DNA of 64,000 nucleotides from an uncultured Actinomycetota bacterium (GTDB lineage: Bacteria > Actinomycetota > Actinomycetes > Streptosporangiales > Streptosporangiaceae), in NCBI GenBank assembly GCA_963842265.1, contig CAWJGE010000010.1:114673-178672 (forward strand), given 5' to 3'. Below, one piece after another: positions 18,832-28,628 of the stretch. Every line of letters starts with the position of its first letter. The stretch's first letter is position 1. Under the pieces are notes generated by a model. It worked only from the letters and a program-made list of their open reading frames with translations, made no database searches and was not told the DNA's origin. A program made the translations under genes and the position numbers.

Positions 18832-20112
18832 ATGACCAGGCAGACCTACCTGCGGACCAAGCCGCACCTGAACATCGGCACGATGGGGCACGTCGACCAC
18901 GGCAAGACCACGCTCACGGCGGCCATCACCAAGGTCCTCGCCGGGCGCGGGATGGCGTCGTACGTGCCGTCCGACCGCATCGACCGGGCGCCGGAAGAGA
19001 GCGCCCGCGGCATCACCATCAACATCGCGCACGTCGAGTACGAGACCGCGACCAGGCATTACGCGCACGTGGACATGCCCGGTCACGCCCGCTACGTGAA
19101 GAACATGATTACCGGCGCGGCTCAGGTCGACGGCGCCATCCTGGTGGTGTCCGCGCAGGACGGCGTCATGCCGCAGACCCGCGAGCATGTGCTCCTGGCC
19201 AGGCAGATCGGGGTGCGGCACATCGTCGTCGCGCTGAGCAAGGCCGACGTGGCCGACGACGAGCTGGCCGAACTCGTCGAGCTCGAGGTACGCGAGCTGC
19301 TCGACAGGTACGGCTATCCCGGCGCGGAGGTCCCCGTCATCAAGGTGTCCGCGCTGGGCGCCCTGGCCGGCGAGCCGCGCTGGGTCGCCTCGGTCGGCGC
19401 GCTGCTGGACGTGGTCGACGCGTACCTGCCGGTGCCGGAGCGCTACGTCAGCGGGCCGTTCCTCATGCCGGTGGAGAACGTGCTGACCATCACCGGGCGC
19501 GGCACCGTGGTCACCGGCGCGGTCGAGCGCGGCCGGATGCGGTCCGGCAACGCAGTCGAGGTCATCGGGCTCGGCGCCACGGTGGCCTGCGTCGTGACGG
19601 GCGTGGAGACTTATCGCAAGGCGATGGAGCACGCCGAGGCGGGCGACAACGCGGCGCTGCTGCTCCGCGGCGTCCGCCGGCACCAGGTCAGGCGCGGCCA
19701 GGTGGTAGCCGCGCCGGGGAGCCTGGCCGCGTACCGGGCGTTCGCGGCCAGCGTGTACCTGCTGCCCGCGGCCGAGGGCGGGCGCCGGACCGAAGTGCGC
19801 ACGGGGTACCGCCCGCAGTTCTTCGTCCGGACCGCTGACGTGGTGGGCGTGCTCGACCTCGGGCCGGACGGCGTCGCTGCGCCGGGTGACCGGGTGAGCG
19901 TCACCGTCGAGCTGGGCCAGCCGGTCGCGCTCGAGCCCGGGCTCGGCTTCGCCATCAGGGAAGGCGGCCGGACGGTCGGTGCCGGAACCGTCACCGCCTT
20001 GCTCGACTTAACCGAGGAGCCCTTCGGTCACGCCCCGGTTTGCGGTTCCCCGGCGGGGAACCGCAAACCGGGGCAACATACCTATGTGCTCTTGTTCACA
20101 AGCGCCCGCTAG
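18832..20112 (+). CDS. tuf: Divergent elongation factor Tu paralog with about 30-aa C-terminal extension
   Basis: [92 protein letters not shown] lies upstream of the ATG. Not in an str-operon context. Confidence 0.85.
   Translation: MTRQTYLRTKPHLNIGTMGHVDHGKTTLTAAITKVLAGRGMASYVPSDRIDRAPEESARGITINIAHVEYETATRHYAHVDMPGHARYVKNMITGAAQVDGAILVVSAQDGVMPQTREHVLLARQIGVRHIVVALSKADVADDELAELVELEVRELLDRYGYPGAEVPVIKVSALGALAGEPRWVASVGALLDVVDAYLPVPERYVSGPFLMPVENVLTITGRGTVVTGAVERGRMRSGNAVEVIGLGATVACVVTGVETYRKAMEHAEAGDNAALLLRGVRRHQVRRGQVVAAPGSLAAYRAFAASVYLLPAAEGGRRTEVRTGYRPQFFVRTADVVGVLDLGPDGVAAPGDRVSVTVELGQPVALEPGLGFAIREGGRTVGAGTVTALLDLTEEPFGHAPVCGSPAGNRKPGQHTYVLLFTSAR
20033..20073 (+). terminator. Perfect 19-bp stem / 3-nt loop hairpin inside the 3' extension of the EF-Tu-like ORF
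   Basis: CCCCGGTTTGCGGTTCCCC-GGC-GGGGAACCGCAAACCGGGG. No U-tract follows. Confidence 0.5.
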
Positions 20113-20180
20113 GAGCATCCTGCCTGTTAGGCGGCCAGCGAGGATGCTGTGCGCCTGTCGAGATCGCGGAGGTGGTTACC

Positions 20181-23122
20181 GTGTCGGTCGGCCTCAAGCC
20201 GTTGGCGTATAACAGTCTGTGGCAGCTCAGGAACGACACCTGGTCCAGCCTGGAGGAATCGACCACTCAGCTGGCCCTGGCCGAGGCCCGGCAGCGGCCC
20301 GTCGAGCAGTTGACCGAGACGGTGACCGGGTTGCTGGATGTCCTCGGGTCGATCGAGCGATTCTGGGCGTTTCCCGGCGCGCAGATCTTCCGAGAGTTGC
20401 AGCGGCTCTTCGCCGCCGGCAAGTATATTCGGCTCGCCGCCGTAGTGAGCCGGGCCAACCGGGCCCTCGTCACCGAGTCCTACCGCGGCGGTCACGCCTG
20501 GGATCTGCGGGCCGAAGATGATGACGCCTACGATCGCGATACCCGCCCGGCCAAGCAGTTCGGCAGCGACCGGCCCTATTTCGAGGTTCTCGTCGTCGAG
20601 GACCTGACCGAGGAGCAGGAGAACTCGCTGCGGGAAGAGCTGCGGCGGTGGCGTCGCCCGGATGACCAGTTCATCTACGAGATCGTCGTCGTGCCCAGTT
20701 TCGACGAGGCGGTGATGGCCGCGCGGCTGAACTTCCGGCTGCAGGCGTGCGTGGTCCGCCGCCGGTTCACCCACCATTCCCGCCACGACTCGCCGTTGCT
20801 CGCACAGTTCGTCGGCCTCGACGGAGCTGACGACCTGATGGAGCACACGCCGGATGACCGCGCCCAGGAACTCGCCAGGACGCTGGCCAAGATCAGGCCC
20901 GAACTCGACCTGTACCTGATGACGGAGATCTCCGTCGAGGACCTGGCCGGCGGCTCAGCCACCATTTCCGGCGCATCTTCCACGCCCGGGAAGGGTCACT
21001 CGAGCTGCACCTGTCCATCCTGGACGGCGTCGCGGCCCGGTATCGTTCGCCGTTCTTCAGCGCGCTGCGCAACTACAGCCACCGGCCCACCGGGGTGTTC
21101 CACGCGCTGCCGATCTCGCACGGCAAGTCGATCGTCAACTCCCACTGGATCAGGGACATGGTCGACTTCTATGGCCTGGAGATCTTCCTGGCCGAAACGT
21201 CGGCGACCTGCGGCGGCCTGGACTCGCTGCTCGAGCCCACCGGGCCGCTGCGCGAGGCGCAGCAGCTCGCGGCCGAGGCGTTCGGCTCACGGCAGACATA
21301 CTTCGTCACCAACGGGACCTCGACGGCCAACAAGATCGTCGTCCAGGCGCTGGTCCAGCCCGGGGACATCGTCCTCGTGGACCGGAACTGCCACCAGTCG
21401 CACCACTACGGGCTGATGCTGGCCGGCGCCATGGTGACCTACCTGGAGGCGTATCCGCTCAACGAGTACTCGATGTACGGCGCCGTCCCCCTCGCCGAGA
21501 TCAAGCGCCAGCTGCTGGCGCTGCGCCGGGCCGGCAAGCTAGACCGGGTCAAGATGCTGCTGCTGACCAACTGCACCTTCGACGGGATCGTCTACGACGT
21601 CGGGCGGGTGATGGAGGAATGCCTGGCCATCAAGCCCGACCTGGTCTTCCTCTGGGACGAGGCCTGGTTCGCCTTCGCCCGGTTCCACCCGGTCTACCGG
21701 CCGCGCACCGCGATGCGGGCCGCCCGCACGCTCGCCGAGCGGCTGCGGCTGCCCGAGTACCGCGAGCGTTACGACGCCCAGGCCGCCGAGATCGGCGCGA
21801 TCGATGCCGCGGACGACGAAGTGCTGCTCCACCGGCGGCTCACGCCCGATCCGGCCCGGGCTCGGGTCCGGGTGTACTCCACCCAGTCCACCCACAAGAC
21901 GCTGACCTCGCTTCGGCAAGGCTCCATGATCCACGTCTGGGACCAGGATTTCAGCCAGAAGGTCGAGGCAACTTTCCACGAGGCGTACATGACACACACC
22001 TCGACCTCCCCGAACTACCAGATCCTGGCCTCCCTGGACCTGGGCCGGCGCCAGGCGGCGCTGGAGGGGTTCGAGCTGGTGCAAAAGCAGATCGAGAACG
22101 CGATGCGGCTCCGCGACGCGGTCGACCACCACCCGCTGCTGAGCAAGTACATGCGCTGCCTGACCACCGCCGACCTGATCCCGGCCGAGTACCGGCCGGC
22201 CTGCATTGACCAGCCGCTGCGCTCCGGCCTGCCGAGCATGGTCAAGGCCTGGGAGTGCGACGAGTTCGTCCTGGACCCGTCCCGGATCACCGTCTACATC
22301 GGCACCACCGGCATCGAGGGCGACTCCTTCAAGCGAAAGCAGCTGATGGACCGCTACGGCGTGCAGATCAACAAGACCTCGCGGAACACCGTGCTGTTCA
22401 TGACCACGATCGGGACCACCCGCAGCTCGGTGGCCTACCTGATCGAGGTGCTGGTGACCATCGCCCGCGAGCTGGAGACCCAGCTGGCCGACATGAGCCC
22501 GAACGAGCGCGCCGCTCACGAGCGCGCGGTGGAGCGGCTGACCGCGCCGTCGGCGCCGCTGCCGGACTTCAGCGGCTTCCACCCCAGCTTCACCGACGGC
22601 CAAGGGGTGCCCACCCCGGAGGGTGACGTGCGGCGTGCCTACTACCTGGCCTACAACGACAGCTACTGTGAGTACCTGACGCCGGAAGAAGTCGAGCAGC
22701 GGGTGGAGAACGGCGACCAGGTCGTGTCCACCACCTACGTCACGCCCTACCCGCCCGGCTATCCCGTGCTGGTGCCCGGCCAGGTGTTCAGCCGGGAGAT
22801 CCTGTCGTTCATGCGCAGCCTGGACACGCCCGAGATCCACGGCTACCGGGCCGACCTCGGCTACCGCGTCTACCTGGACAAGGCCCTGGAGATCGCGGCC
22901 ACGACCCGCCCGGCCCCCCGCCCCGACCAGCTACATCGGCTTGAACAGCCGGCCGGTGGCGCTGCCCGCGACGGTGCAAGCCGCGACGACGAGCCAGGCA
23001 GCCAGCAGCGCAAAAAGCAGGATCGAGGCACCACGCAGCACGTCGGCCTGGCTGCGGGCGGCCAGGGCGATGGTGCCGGTGACGCAGGTGCCGACGGGGA
23101 ACGTGAAACTCCACCACGTTAG
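20181..23122 (+). CDS. Large Orn/Lys/Arg decarboxylase family protein (PLP, with N-terminal wing domain); apparent 1-nt frameshift near 20945-20955
   Basis: ORF 20040-21416 is protein-like to ...ISVEDLAG. The frame of ORF 21095-23122 continues RLSHHFRRIFHAREGSLELHLSILDGVAARY...FHALPISHGKS...STQSTHKTL (PLP Lys). GTG at 20181 follows GGAGGTGG. The last ~60 aa are low-complexity and overlap a convergent gene remnant. Confidence 0.75.
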
Positions 23123-23170
23123 GGCAAAGGCAGCCCGCGGCGTGCGCAGCACGGCCGCGGCGTTGGCCAC
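22931..23170 (-). pseudogene. C-terminal remnant of a TDT (TehA/Mae1-type) transporter
   Basis: 79-aa ORF with ...LTWWSFTFPVGTCVTGTIALA..., typical of the last TM helices of that family. The N-terminal ~250 aa are absent. Confidence 0.45.
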
Positions 23171-23198
23171 GATGCCACTCCCGCGCCCCGGACCAGCC

Positions 23199-23819
23199 TT
23201 ACTCCCGCGCGAACCAGGAGGCAGGGGACGGGGCAGGCGGCCGGACCGGCCAGCTCGGCGCGGCCGGCCACGCTGGCGCAGCCGGGAAGCCGGGCGCGGG
23301 GGCCGGCACCGGCTGCGGGAGCACGACCTGCCGCTGTACCTCTCGCTCTACCTCCCGCTGGGCCGCGGTGGCCAGCGCCAGCGTGCCGACGTAGCACAGC
23401 AGCGCCACCCCGGTCAGGACGGCCATCGCCAGCGACGCGCCCGGCATGCCGTTGCGCACGAAGATCTCCCCGGCGCCGAACGCCCCGCCGATGGCGGTCA
23501 GGCCGGCCGCGGCCAGCACGGCGAGCAGCCGGTCCCGTTCGTGCACGGACCTGGCCACTAGCAGGATCGCGGTCCCGATCAGGGCCAGGCCGAGCAGCGC
23601 GTGAACGGTCAGCGCCAGCGGGGCGGTGGCGATCTCGGCGAAGAGGCTGGCATGCGCGTCGGAGGCCGGGACGGCGATGTAGAGGTTCAGGAAGATGCCC
23701 AGGCCGTACTCGAGCACCAGCATGATCAGCGCCGTCACGCATACCCGGCGCAGACCGGCCCGCCCCGGCCGGCGCGTATGCCTGCCCGGGGCCACGAGTT
23801 TGTCAAGACCACTAGCCAT
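23199..23819 (-). CDS. Hypothetical membrane protein with Pro/Ala-rich tail
   Basis: Four hydrophobic segments. No family recognised. Confidence 0.5.
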   Translation of the reverse strand: MASGLDKLVAPGRHTRRPGRAGLRRVCVTALIMLVLEYGLGIFLNLYIAVPASDAHASLFAEIATAPLALTVHALLGLALIGTAILLVARSVHERDRLLAVLAAAGLTAIGGAFGAGEIFVRNGMPGASLAMAVLTGVALLCYVGTLALATAAQREVEREVQRQVVLPQPVPAPAPGFPAAPAWPAAPSWPVRPPAPSPASWFARE

Positions 23820-24071
23820 CGGACCCGCTCACCGTTCCTCTCCTAGGTGGTTCTTGGGTCCCTGTCCGTGCGCTCCCAACAAGTAACTACGGCCCCGCAT
23901 CCACCTCAGTTCAACCGTGTCCGGTAAAGCCCGCGAAGTCACGATCATCCCTACGGCGGCTGGTGTTTCCAGCACCATTCCTCGGCGCTCCGCCTGGTGC
24001 GCAAGGCCAGGAAGATCCCGAGGTGCGGCGTGGCGTAACCCGCCGGAAACATCCGGCATAGATCATGAATC

Positions 24072-24917
24072 ATGGATACGCGCCGGCTCCTGATCGGATG
24101 CGACTTCACCTATGTCGCCGCCGTCAGCACACCGGTCATCTTCCAGGTCCAGCCGGCTGAATCCCCGCATATTTCCATCGACGGCGGGCAGTGGGGATCC
24201 GAGCCCGTCATGGACATCCGCGGCTACACCGACCTGTACGGCAACCCCTGCCTGCGCGCGGTGCTGCCCGCGGGCCGGTCGAGCTTCCGGTACCACGCCG
24301 TGGCCGTGGTGCCCGACCTGACCGAGGAGGTAGACGAAGATGCGCCGGAGTGCGTACCCGACGACCTCCCCGACGACACCTTGATCTACACCCTGCCGAG
24401 CCGGTACTGCCTGCCCGACGTGCTCGGCGACGAGGCCTGGTCGCGCTTCGGCGGGCTGAAGCCCGGGTACCGCCGGGTGCAGGCCATCTGCGATCACGTG
24501 CACAACCACCTGGACTTCCAGTACGGCAGCACGACGGCCCTGTCCAGCGCCGCGGACGTGAACATGGCCCGGCGCGGGGTGTGCCGTGACTTCACCCACC
24601 TCGCGGTCTCGTTCTGCCGGGCACTGAACATCCCGGCCCGCTACGTGTTCGGCTACCTGCCCGACATGGACGTCCCGCCGGATCCGGCGCCGATGGACTT
24701 CGCGGCCTGGATGGAGGTGTGGCTGGGCGACCGGTGGTGGACTTTCGATCCGCGCAACAACACCAGGCGCAAAGGCCGTATCGTGATCGGCCGGGGACGC
24801 GACGCCTCCGATGTCGCCATGGCCACCACGTTCGGCGGCCCGCTGCTCGAGTCGATGGTGGTCCAGGCGGAGGAGGACCTGACGGGGGAGGACCTGACGG
24901 GGGAGGGAGCCCGATGA
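24072..24917 (+). CDS. Transglutaminase-like cysteine-protease-fold protein
   Basis: GVCRDFTHLAVSFCRALNIPARYVFGY...W (Cys-His-Asp core context). Confidence 0.8.
   Translation: MDTRRLLIGCDFTYVAAVSTPVIFQVQPAESPHISIDGGQWGSEPVMDIRGYTDLYGNPCLRAVLPAGRSSFRYHAVAVVPDLTEEVDEDAPECVPDDLPDDTLIYTLPSRYCLPDVLGDEAWSRFGGLKPGYRRVQAICDHVHNHLDFQYGSTTALSSAADVNMARRGVCRDFTHLAVSFCRALNIPARYVFGYLPDMDVPPDPAPMDFAAWMEVWLGDRWWTFDPRNNTRRKGRIVIGRGRDASDVAMATTFGGPLLESMVVQAEEDLTGEDLTGEGAR
24873..24908 (+). repeat. 15-bp tandem repeat (GAGGACCTGACGGGG), about 2.4 units, at the 3' end of the gene
   Basis: Encodes ...EDLTGEDLTGEG... immediately before the stop. Confidence 0.85.
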
Positions 24918-25831
24918 TGCTGGATACCTCGGTGCTGCACGCTCCGGTGCTCGATCACCGCGGGCTGGACCTGGCCGCCGCCCGCCGCGTCCGCTACGTT
25001 CTCGAGCAGAGCTTCCGCTACGAATACGACGCGCCGGTGGAGTCGCTGCGGCAGCGCCTGGTCATCGTGCCTCCGGCCCGCCACGGCAACCAGTACCTGC
25101 GCGCGCACCGGCTCGAGGTGACCGGCGCGAAGGTGCGGCGCCGGGTGCGCCGGGACGCGGCAGGCAACGTCGTCGCGCTGCTGCAGGCCGAACGCGTGCC
25201 TGAGGCCATCGAGTTCCGGCTGGCCGCCGTGCTAGAACGGATCCGCGACGACGGGCCCGCGGTGCTCGCGGCGCAGGCGCTGCACAGCCCGCGCCTGCTG
25301 CGGCCGACCCCGCTCACCTCGGCCGACGACCGGCTGCGCGCCATGGCCGCGGACATCGTCCCGGACACCGCCCAGCCCGGCGAGGACCCCGAGACCCCCA
25401 AGAACCCCGAGGAGACCGCGGAGCGGGTCTGCGCCGCCGTCTTCGCGGCGATCACCTACGAATACGGCATCACGTCGGTGACCACGACGGCCGCCGAGGC
25501 GCTCGCCGCCGGGCGCGGCATCTGCCAGGACTTCGCGCACGTGATGCTGGCCCTGTGCCATCTGCTCCGGCTGCCGGCCAGGTACGTGTCGGGGCACCTG
25601 CTGGGCCAGGGCGGGACCCACGCCTGGGTCGAGGTGATCGTGCCGCGGGCCGGCCACGCCGAGGCCGTCGCGTTCGACCCGTGCAACGGCCACCGCACCG
25701 ACGGCGGCTACGTCACCGTCGCGACCGGCCGCGACTACTCCGACGTCGCCCCCACCTCCGGCTCCTACGTCGGCACGTCCCCCGGCCGCCTGACCGCCGG
25801 CCGCCGCGTGGGCGTCCTGGCCGCCGCCTGA
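24914..25831 (+). CDS. Second transglutaminase-like protein (ATGA-coupled to the first)
   Basis: Internal ATG of track ORF 24719-25831 overlaps the upstream TGA. GICQDFAHVMLALCHLLRLPARYVSGH...HAWVEV. Confidence 0.8.
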   Translation: MMLDTSVLHAPVLDHRGLDLAAARRVRYVLEQSFRYEYDAPVESLRQRLVIVPPARHGNQYLRAHRLEVTGAKVRRRVRRDAAGNVVALLQAERVPEAIEFRLAAVLERIRDDGPAVLAAQALHSPRLLRPTPLTSADDRLRAMAADIVPDTAQPGEDPETPKNPEETAERVCAAVFAAITYEYGITSVTTTAAEALAAGRGICQDFAHVMLALCHLLRLPARYVSGHLLGQGGTHAWVEVIVPRAGHAEAVAFDPCNGHRTDGGYVTVATGRDYSDVAPTSGSYVGTSPGRLTAGRRVGVLAAA

Positions 25832-25903
25832 CCGCCGGCCGCCGCGTGGGCGTCCTGGCCGCCGCCTGACCGCCGGCCGCCGCGCAGGCGTCCTAGCCGC
25901 CGC
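25790..25903. repeat. 38-bp tandem repeat x3 (CTGACCGCCGGCCGCCGCGTGGGCGTCCTGGCCGCCGC) spanning the stop codon
   Basis: Units start at 25790, 25828 and 25866. Each unit contains the TGA. Confidence 0.9.
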
Positions 25904-25950
25904 CTGATCACCAGGCTAGGGTGAGGTTACCCGTCCGTAACAGGAGCGTC

Positions 25951-27474
25951 ATGAGTTTCAACCTGGCCACCATGCTGCGGGAGTCTCGCAACGCCAAGCC
26001 GGACCACCCGCTGTGCCACATCAGCGACCTGACCTTCAGCTACGCCCAGGTGGACGAGATCTCCGGGCGCGTGGCCAGCGCCCTGCTCGGCACCGGGCTG
26101 CGCCGCGGCGACAAGGTCGCCATGCAGCTGCCGAACCTGCCGCAGTTCCTCTTCACCTACTTCGCCATCCTCAAGGCCGGCCTGGTGGTGGTGCCGCTGA
26201 ACCCGCTGCTGAAAGCGCCCGAGGTCGCCTACCAGCTACAGGACTCCGAGTCCAGGCTGCTGATCACCTTCGAGGGTTTCGCCGCGGAATCGGTCGCCGG
26301 CGCCCGGCAGGCCGGGGACGTGCCCACGTACGTGGTGAACCTCCCGGGCAACGACCAGCGGCCCGAGAACACCAAGCACTACGACGAGCTCTACTTCGCC
26401 GATGACACCGGCGAGATCGAGCCCACCAACGCCGACGACACCGCGGTGATCATCTACACCAGCGGGACCACCGGCAAGCCCAAGGGCGCCGAGCTCACTC
26501 ATTACCAGCTGTACATGAACTGCACCGTGGCCGGGGAGCTGTTCGGTTTCCGGGACGACGACATCGGGGTCGCGGTGCTCCCCATGTTCCACGTGTTCGG
26601 CCTGTCCAGCGTGCTCAACACGGCGGTTCGGTTCGCGGGCACGCTGGTGCTCATTCCCCGGTTCGAGGTCGGCCCGGTGCTCGACGCGATCGAGCGGTAC
26701 CGGTGCACGATCTTCTCCGGCGTCCCGACCATGTACTACGCGCTGCTGCAGGCGGACTTGGCCGGCCGGGACCTGTCGACGCTGCGGGTTGGTATTTCCG
26801 GCGGTGACGCGATCCCCGGCGAGGTGATCAGGGCGTTCGAGGAGAAGTTCCCCGGCGTGGTCATCCTGGAAGGCTACGGCCTGTCCGAGACGGCCAGCAC
26901 CACGACCTTCAACATCAGTGCGGAGCAGCGCAAGGTGCTGTCCATCGGCAAGCCCATCTGGGGCGTGCAGGTCCAGGTGGTGGACGAGCAGGACAAGGCG
27001 CTCCTGCCCGGCCCGGAGAACATCGGCGAGATCGTCATCCGCGGCCACAACGTGATGAAGGGCTATTACCGGCGGCCGGAGGAGACCGCCGAGGCCTTCC
27101 GCGGCGGCTGGTTCCACACCGGCGACCTCGCCTACGCCGACGAGGACGGCTACCTGTTCGTCGTCGACCGCAAGAAGGACCTGGTGATCCGCGGCGGTTA
27201 CAACGTCTACCCGCGCGAGATCGAGGAGGTCCTGTTCGGCCACCCAGCCGTGGCCGAGGCGGCCGTCATCGGCAAGCCGGACGCGCGCGTGGGCGAGGAG
27301 GTGGTCGCGTTCGTCGTGCCCAAGCCGGGCGCGGACGCCCGCCCGGAGGAGATCATCGCGTACTGCCGGGAGCGGCTGGCCGCCTACAAGTACCCGCGCG
27401 AGGTCCGCGTCACCGCCGAACTGCCGAAGGGCCCGACCGGCAAGATCCTCAAGCGGGAGCTGCGGGCGGACTGA
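25951..27474 (+). CDS. AMP-dependent acyl-CoA synthetase/ligase (long-chain fatty-acid-CoA ligase-like)
   Basis: IIYTSGTTGKPKGA and GWFHTGDLAY...DRKKDLVIRGGYNVYP motifs. Confidence 0.9.
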   Translation: MSFNLATMLRESRNAKPDHPLCHISDLTFSYAQVDEISGRVASALLGTGLRRGDKVAMQLPNLPQFLFTYFAILKAGLVVVPLNPLLKAPEVAYQLQDSESRLLITFEGFAAESVAGARQAGDVPTYVVNLPGNDQRPENTKHYDELYFADDTGEIEPTNADDTAVIIYTSGTTGKPKGAELTHYQLYMNCTVAGELFGFRDDDIGVAVLPMFHVFGLSSVLNTAVRFAGTLVLIPRFEVGPVLDAIERYRCTIFSGVPTMYYALLQADLAGRDLSTLRVGISGGDAIPGEVIRAFEEKFPGVVILEGYGLSETASTTTFNISAEQRKVLSIGKPIWGVQVQVVDEQDKALLPGPENIGEIVIRGHNVMKGYYRRPEETAEAFRGGWFHTGDLAYADEDGYLFVVDRKKDLVIRGGYNVYPREIEEVLFGHPAVAEAAVIGKPDARVGEEVVAFVVPKPGADARPEEIIAYCRERLAAYKYPREVRVTAELPKGPTGKILKRELRAD

Positions 27475-27865
27475 CCCCCTGGCGGGCGTGCGCGCGCAGG
27501 ATCTCCGACCAGCTCCGCGGCCGCTCGGGGGCCGGCAGCGACGCGTGCGGCCGGCCGCCGACCAGCACGACCGGGTACCGCCTCAGCTCGTAGCCGGCCG
27601 CCGTCCGGCACCGGCCGGTGGCCAGCTCGTAGCTGTACCAGTGCCACGGGCAGGTGACCACGCCGTCACGCACCAGGCCTTCGGCCAGCGGACCGCCGTT
27701 GTGCGGGCACGCGGCGTCGGTGACGCGCAGCTCCCCGTCGACCTGGAAGACCGCGTACGACCGCCCGGCGTGCTCGAACGTCCATTGCGCCCGCCCGTCC
27801 GGGCGATCGAGCGGCACCAAGGCCCCGGGGAGCTCGTTCGGGGTAATCTCGTCGCTCACGTGCAC
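27449..27865 (-). CDS. Rieske [2Fe-2S] domain protein (NirD/ferredoxin-like)
   Basis: CPHNGGPL...CPWHWY. Confidence 0.8.
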   Translation of the reverse strand: MHVSDEITPNELPGALVPLDRPDGRAQWTFEHAGRSYAVFQVDGELRVTDAACPHNGGPLAEGLVRDGVVTCPWHWYSYELATGRCRTAAGYELRRYPVVLVGGRPHASLPAPERPRSWSEILRAHARQGVSPPAAPA

Positions 27866-28626
27866 CCGAGCTCGACGCTGCCGAGCCGGTCGGCGGTCGC
27901 GGTCACCACGTCCCCGGCCTTCACCGGCACGGCCGCGGTCAGCCCGCCGGACAGCACGATGTCACCGGCCCGCAGCCCTTCGTTCTCCGCCGCCAGCGAG
28001 CGGACCAGCCAGGCGACCGCCGCCGCCGGATGGCCGAGCGCCGCGGCGCCCGCCGCGGTCGCCACCACCTCGCCGTTGTGCTCGAGCACCACGCCGATCA
28101 GCCGCAGGTCCAGACCGGCCGCCGGGACGGCCGGACCGACCAGGTAGCGGCTCGCCGAGGTGTTGTCCGCGACCACGTCCGGCATGGTGAACTTGTAGTC
28201 GGTGTACCGGGAGTCCAGCACCTCGATGCCCACCGCCACCGAAGCGGTCGCGGCCAGCACCGCCGAGGAGGTGACCGAAGGCCCGGACAGGTCCGCGCCC
28301 ATGACGAAGACGATCTCCGGCTCGCACCGGGGCTGGATGTGCCGGGCCACGGTGAGCGGCTCGCCGAGGTCGAGCGCGTCCGCGGCGGCCAGGTGGCCGC
28401 GGACCGGCTCGTGCACCCCGACCTGGGCCTGCTTGGCGCGGGAGGTCACGCCGAGCTTCCAGCCGGCCAGCTGGCCGGCCTGCTGTCGCAGCAGCCGCTG
28501 CACCTCGTACGCCGCGGCCAGGTCGAAGCCCCCGAGCTCCGCGGACAGCGAGCCGATCGGCGCGCGGTCGGCCCGGGCCTTGGTCAGCCGGGCGGCAATC
28601 TCGTCAGGAGAGGTCATCAAAGCCAT
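27856..28626 (-). CDS. 2-oxopent-4-enoate hydratase / 4-oxalocrotonate decarboxylase family protein
   Basis: MhpD/XylJ/XylI-like GWKLGVTSRAKQ motif, about 256 aa. Confidence 0.8.
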   Translation of the reverse strand: MALMTSPDEIAARLTKARADRAPIGSLSAELGGFDLAAAYEVQRLLRQQAGQLAGWKLGVTSRAKQAQVGVHEPVRGHLAAADALDLGEPLTVARHIQPRCEPEIVFVMGADLSGPSVTSSAVLAATASVAVGIEVLDSRYTDYKFTMPDVVADNTSASRYLVGPAVPAAGLDLRLIGVVLEHNGEVVATAAGAAALGHPAAAVAWLVRSLAAENEGLRAGDIVLSGGLTAAVPVKAGDVVTATADRLGSVELGCT

Positions 28627-28628
28627 CC

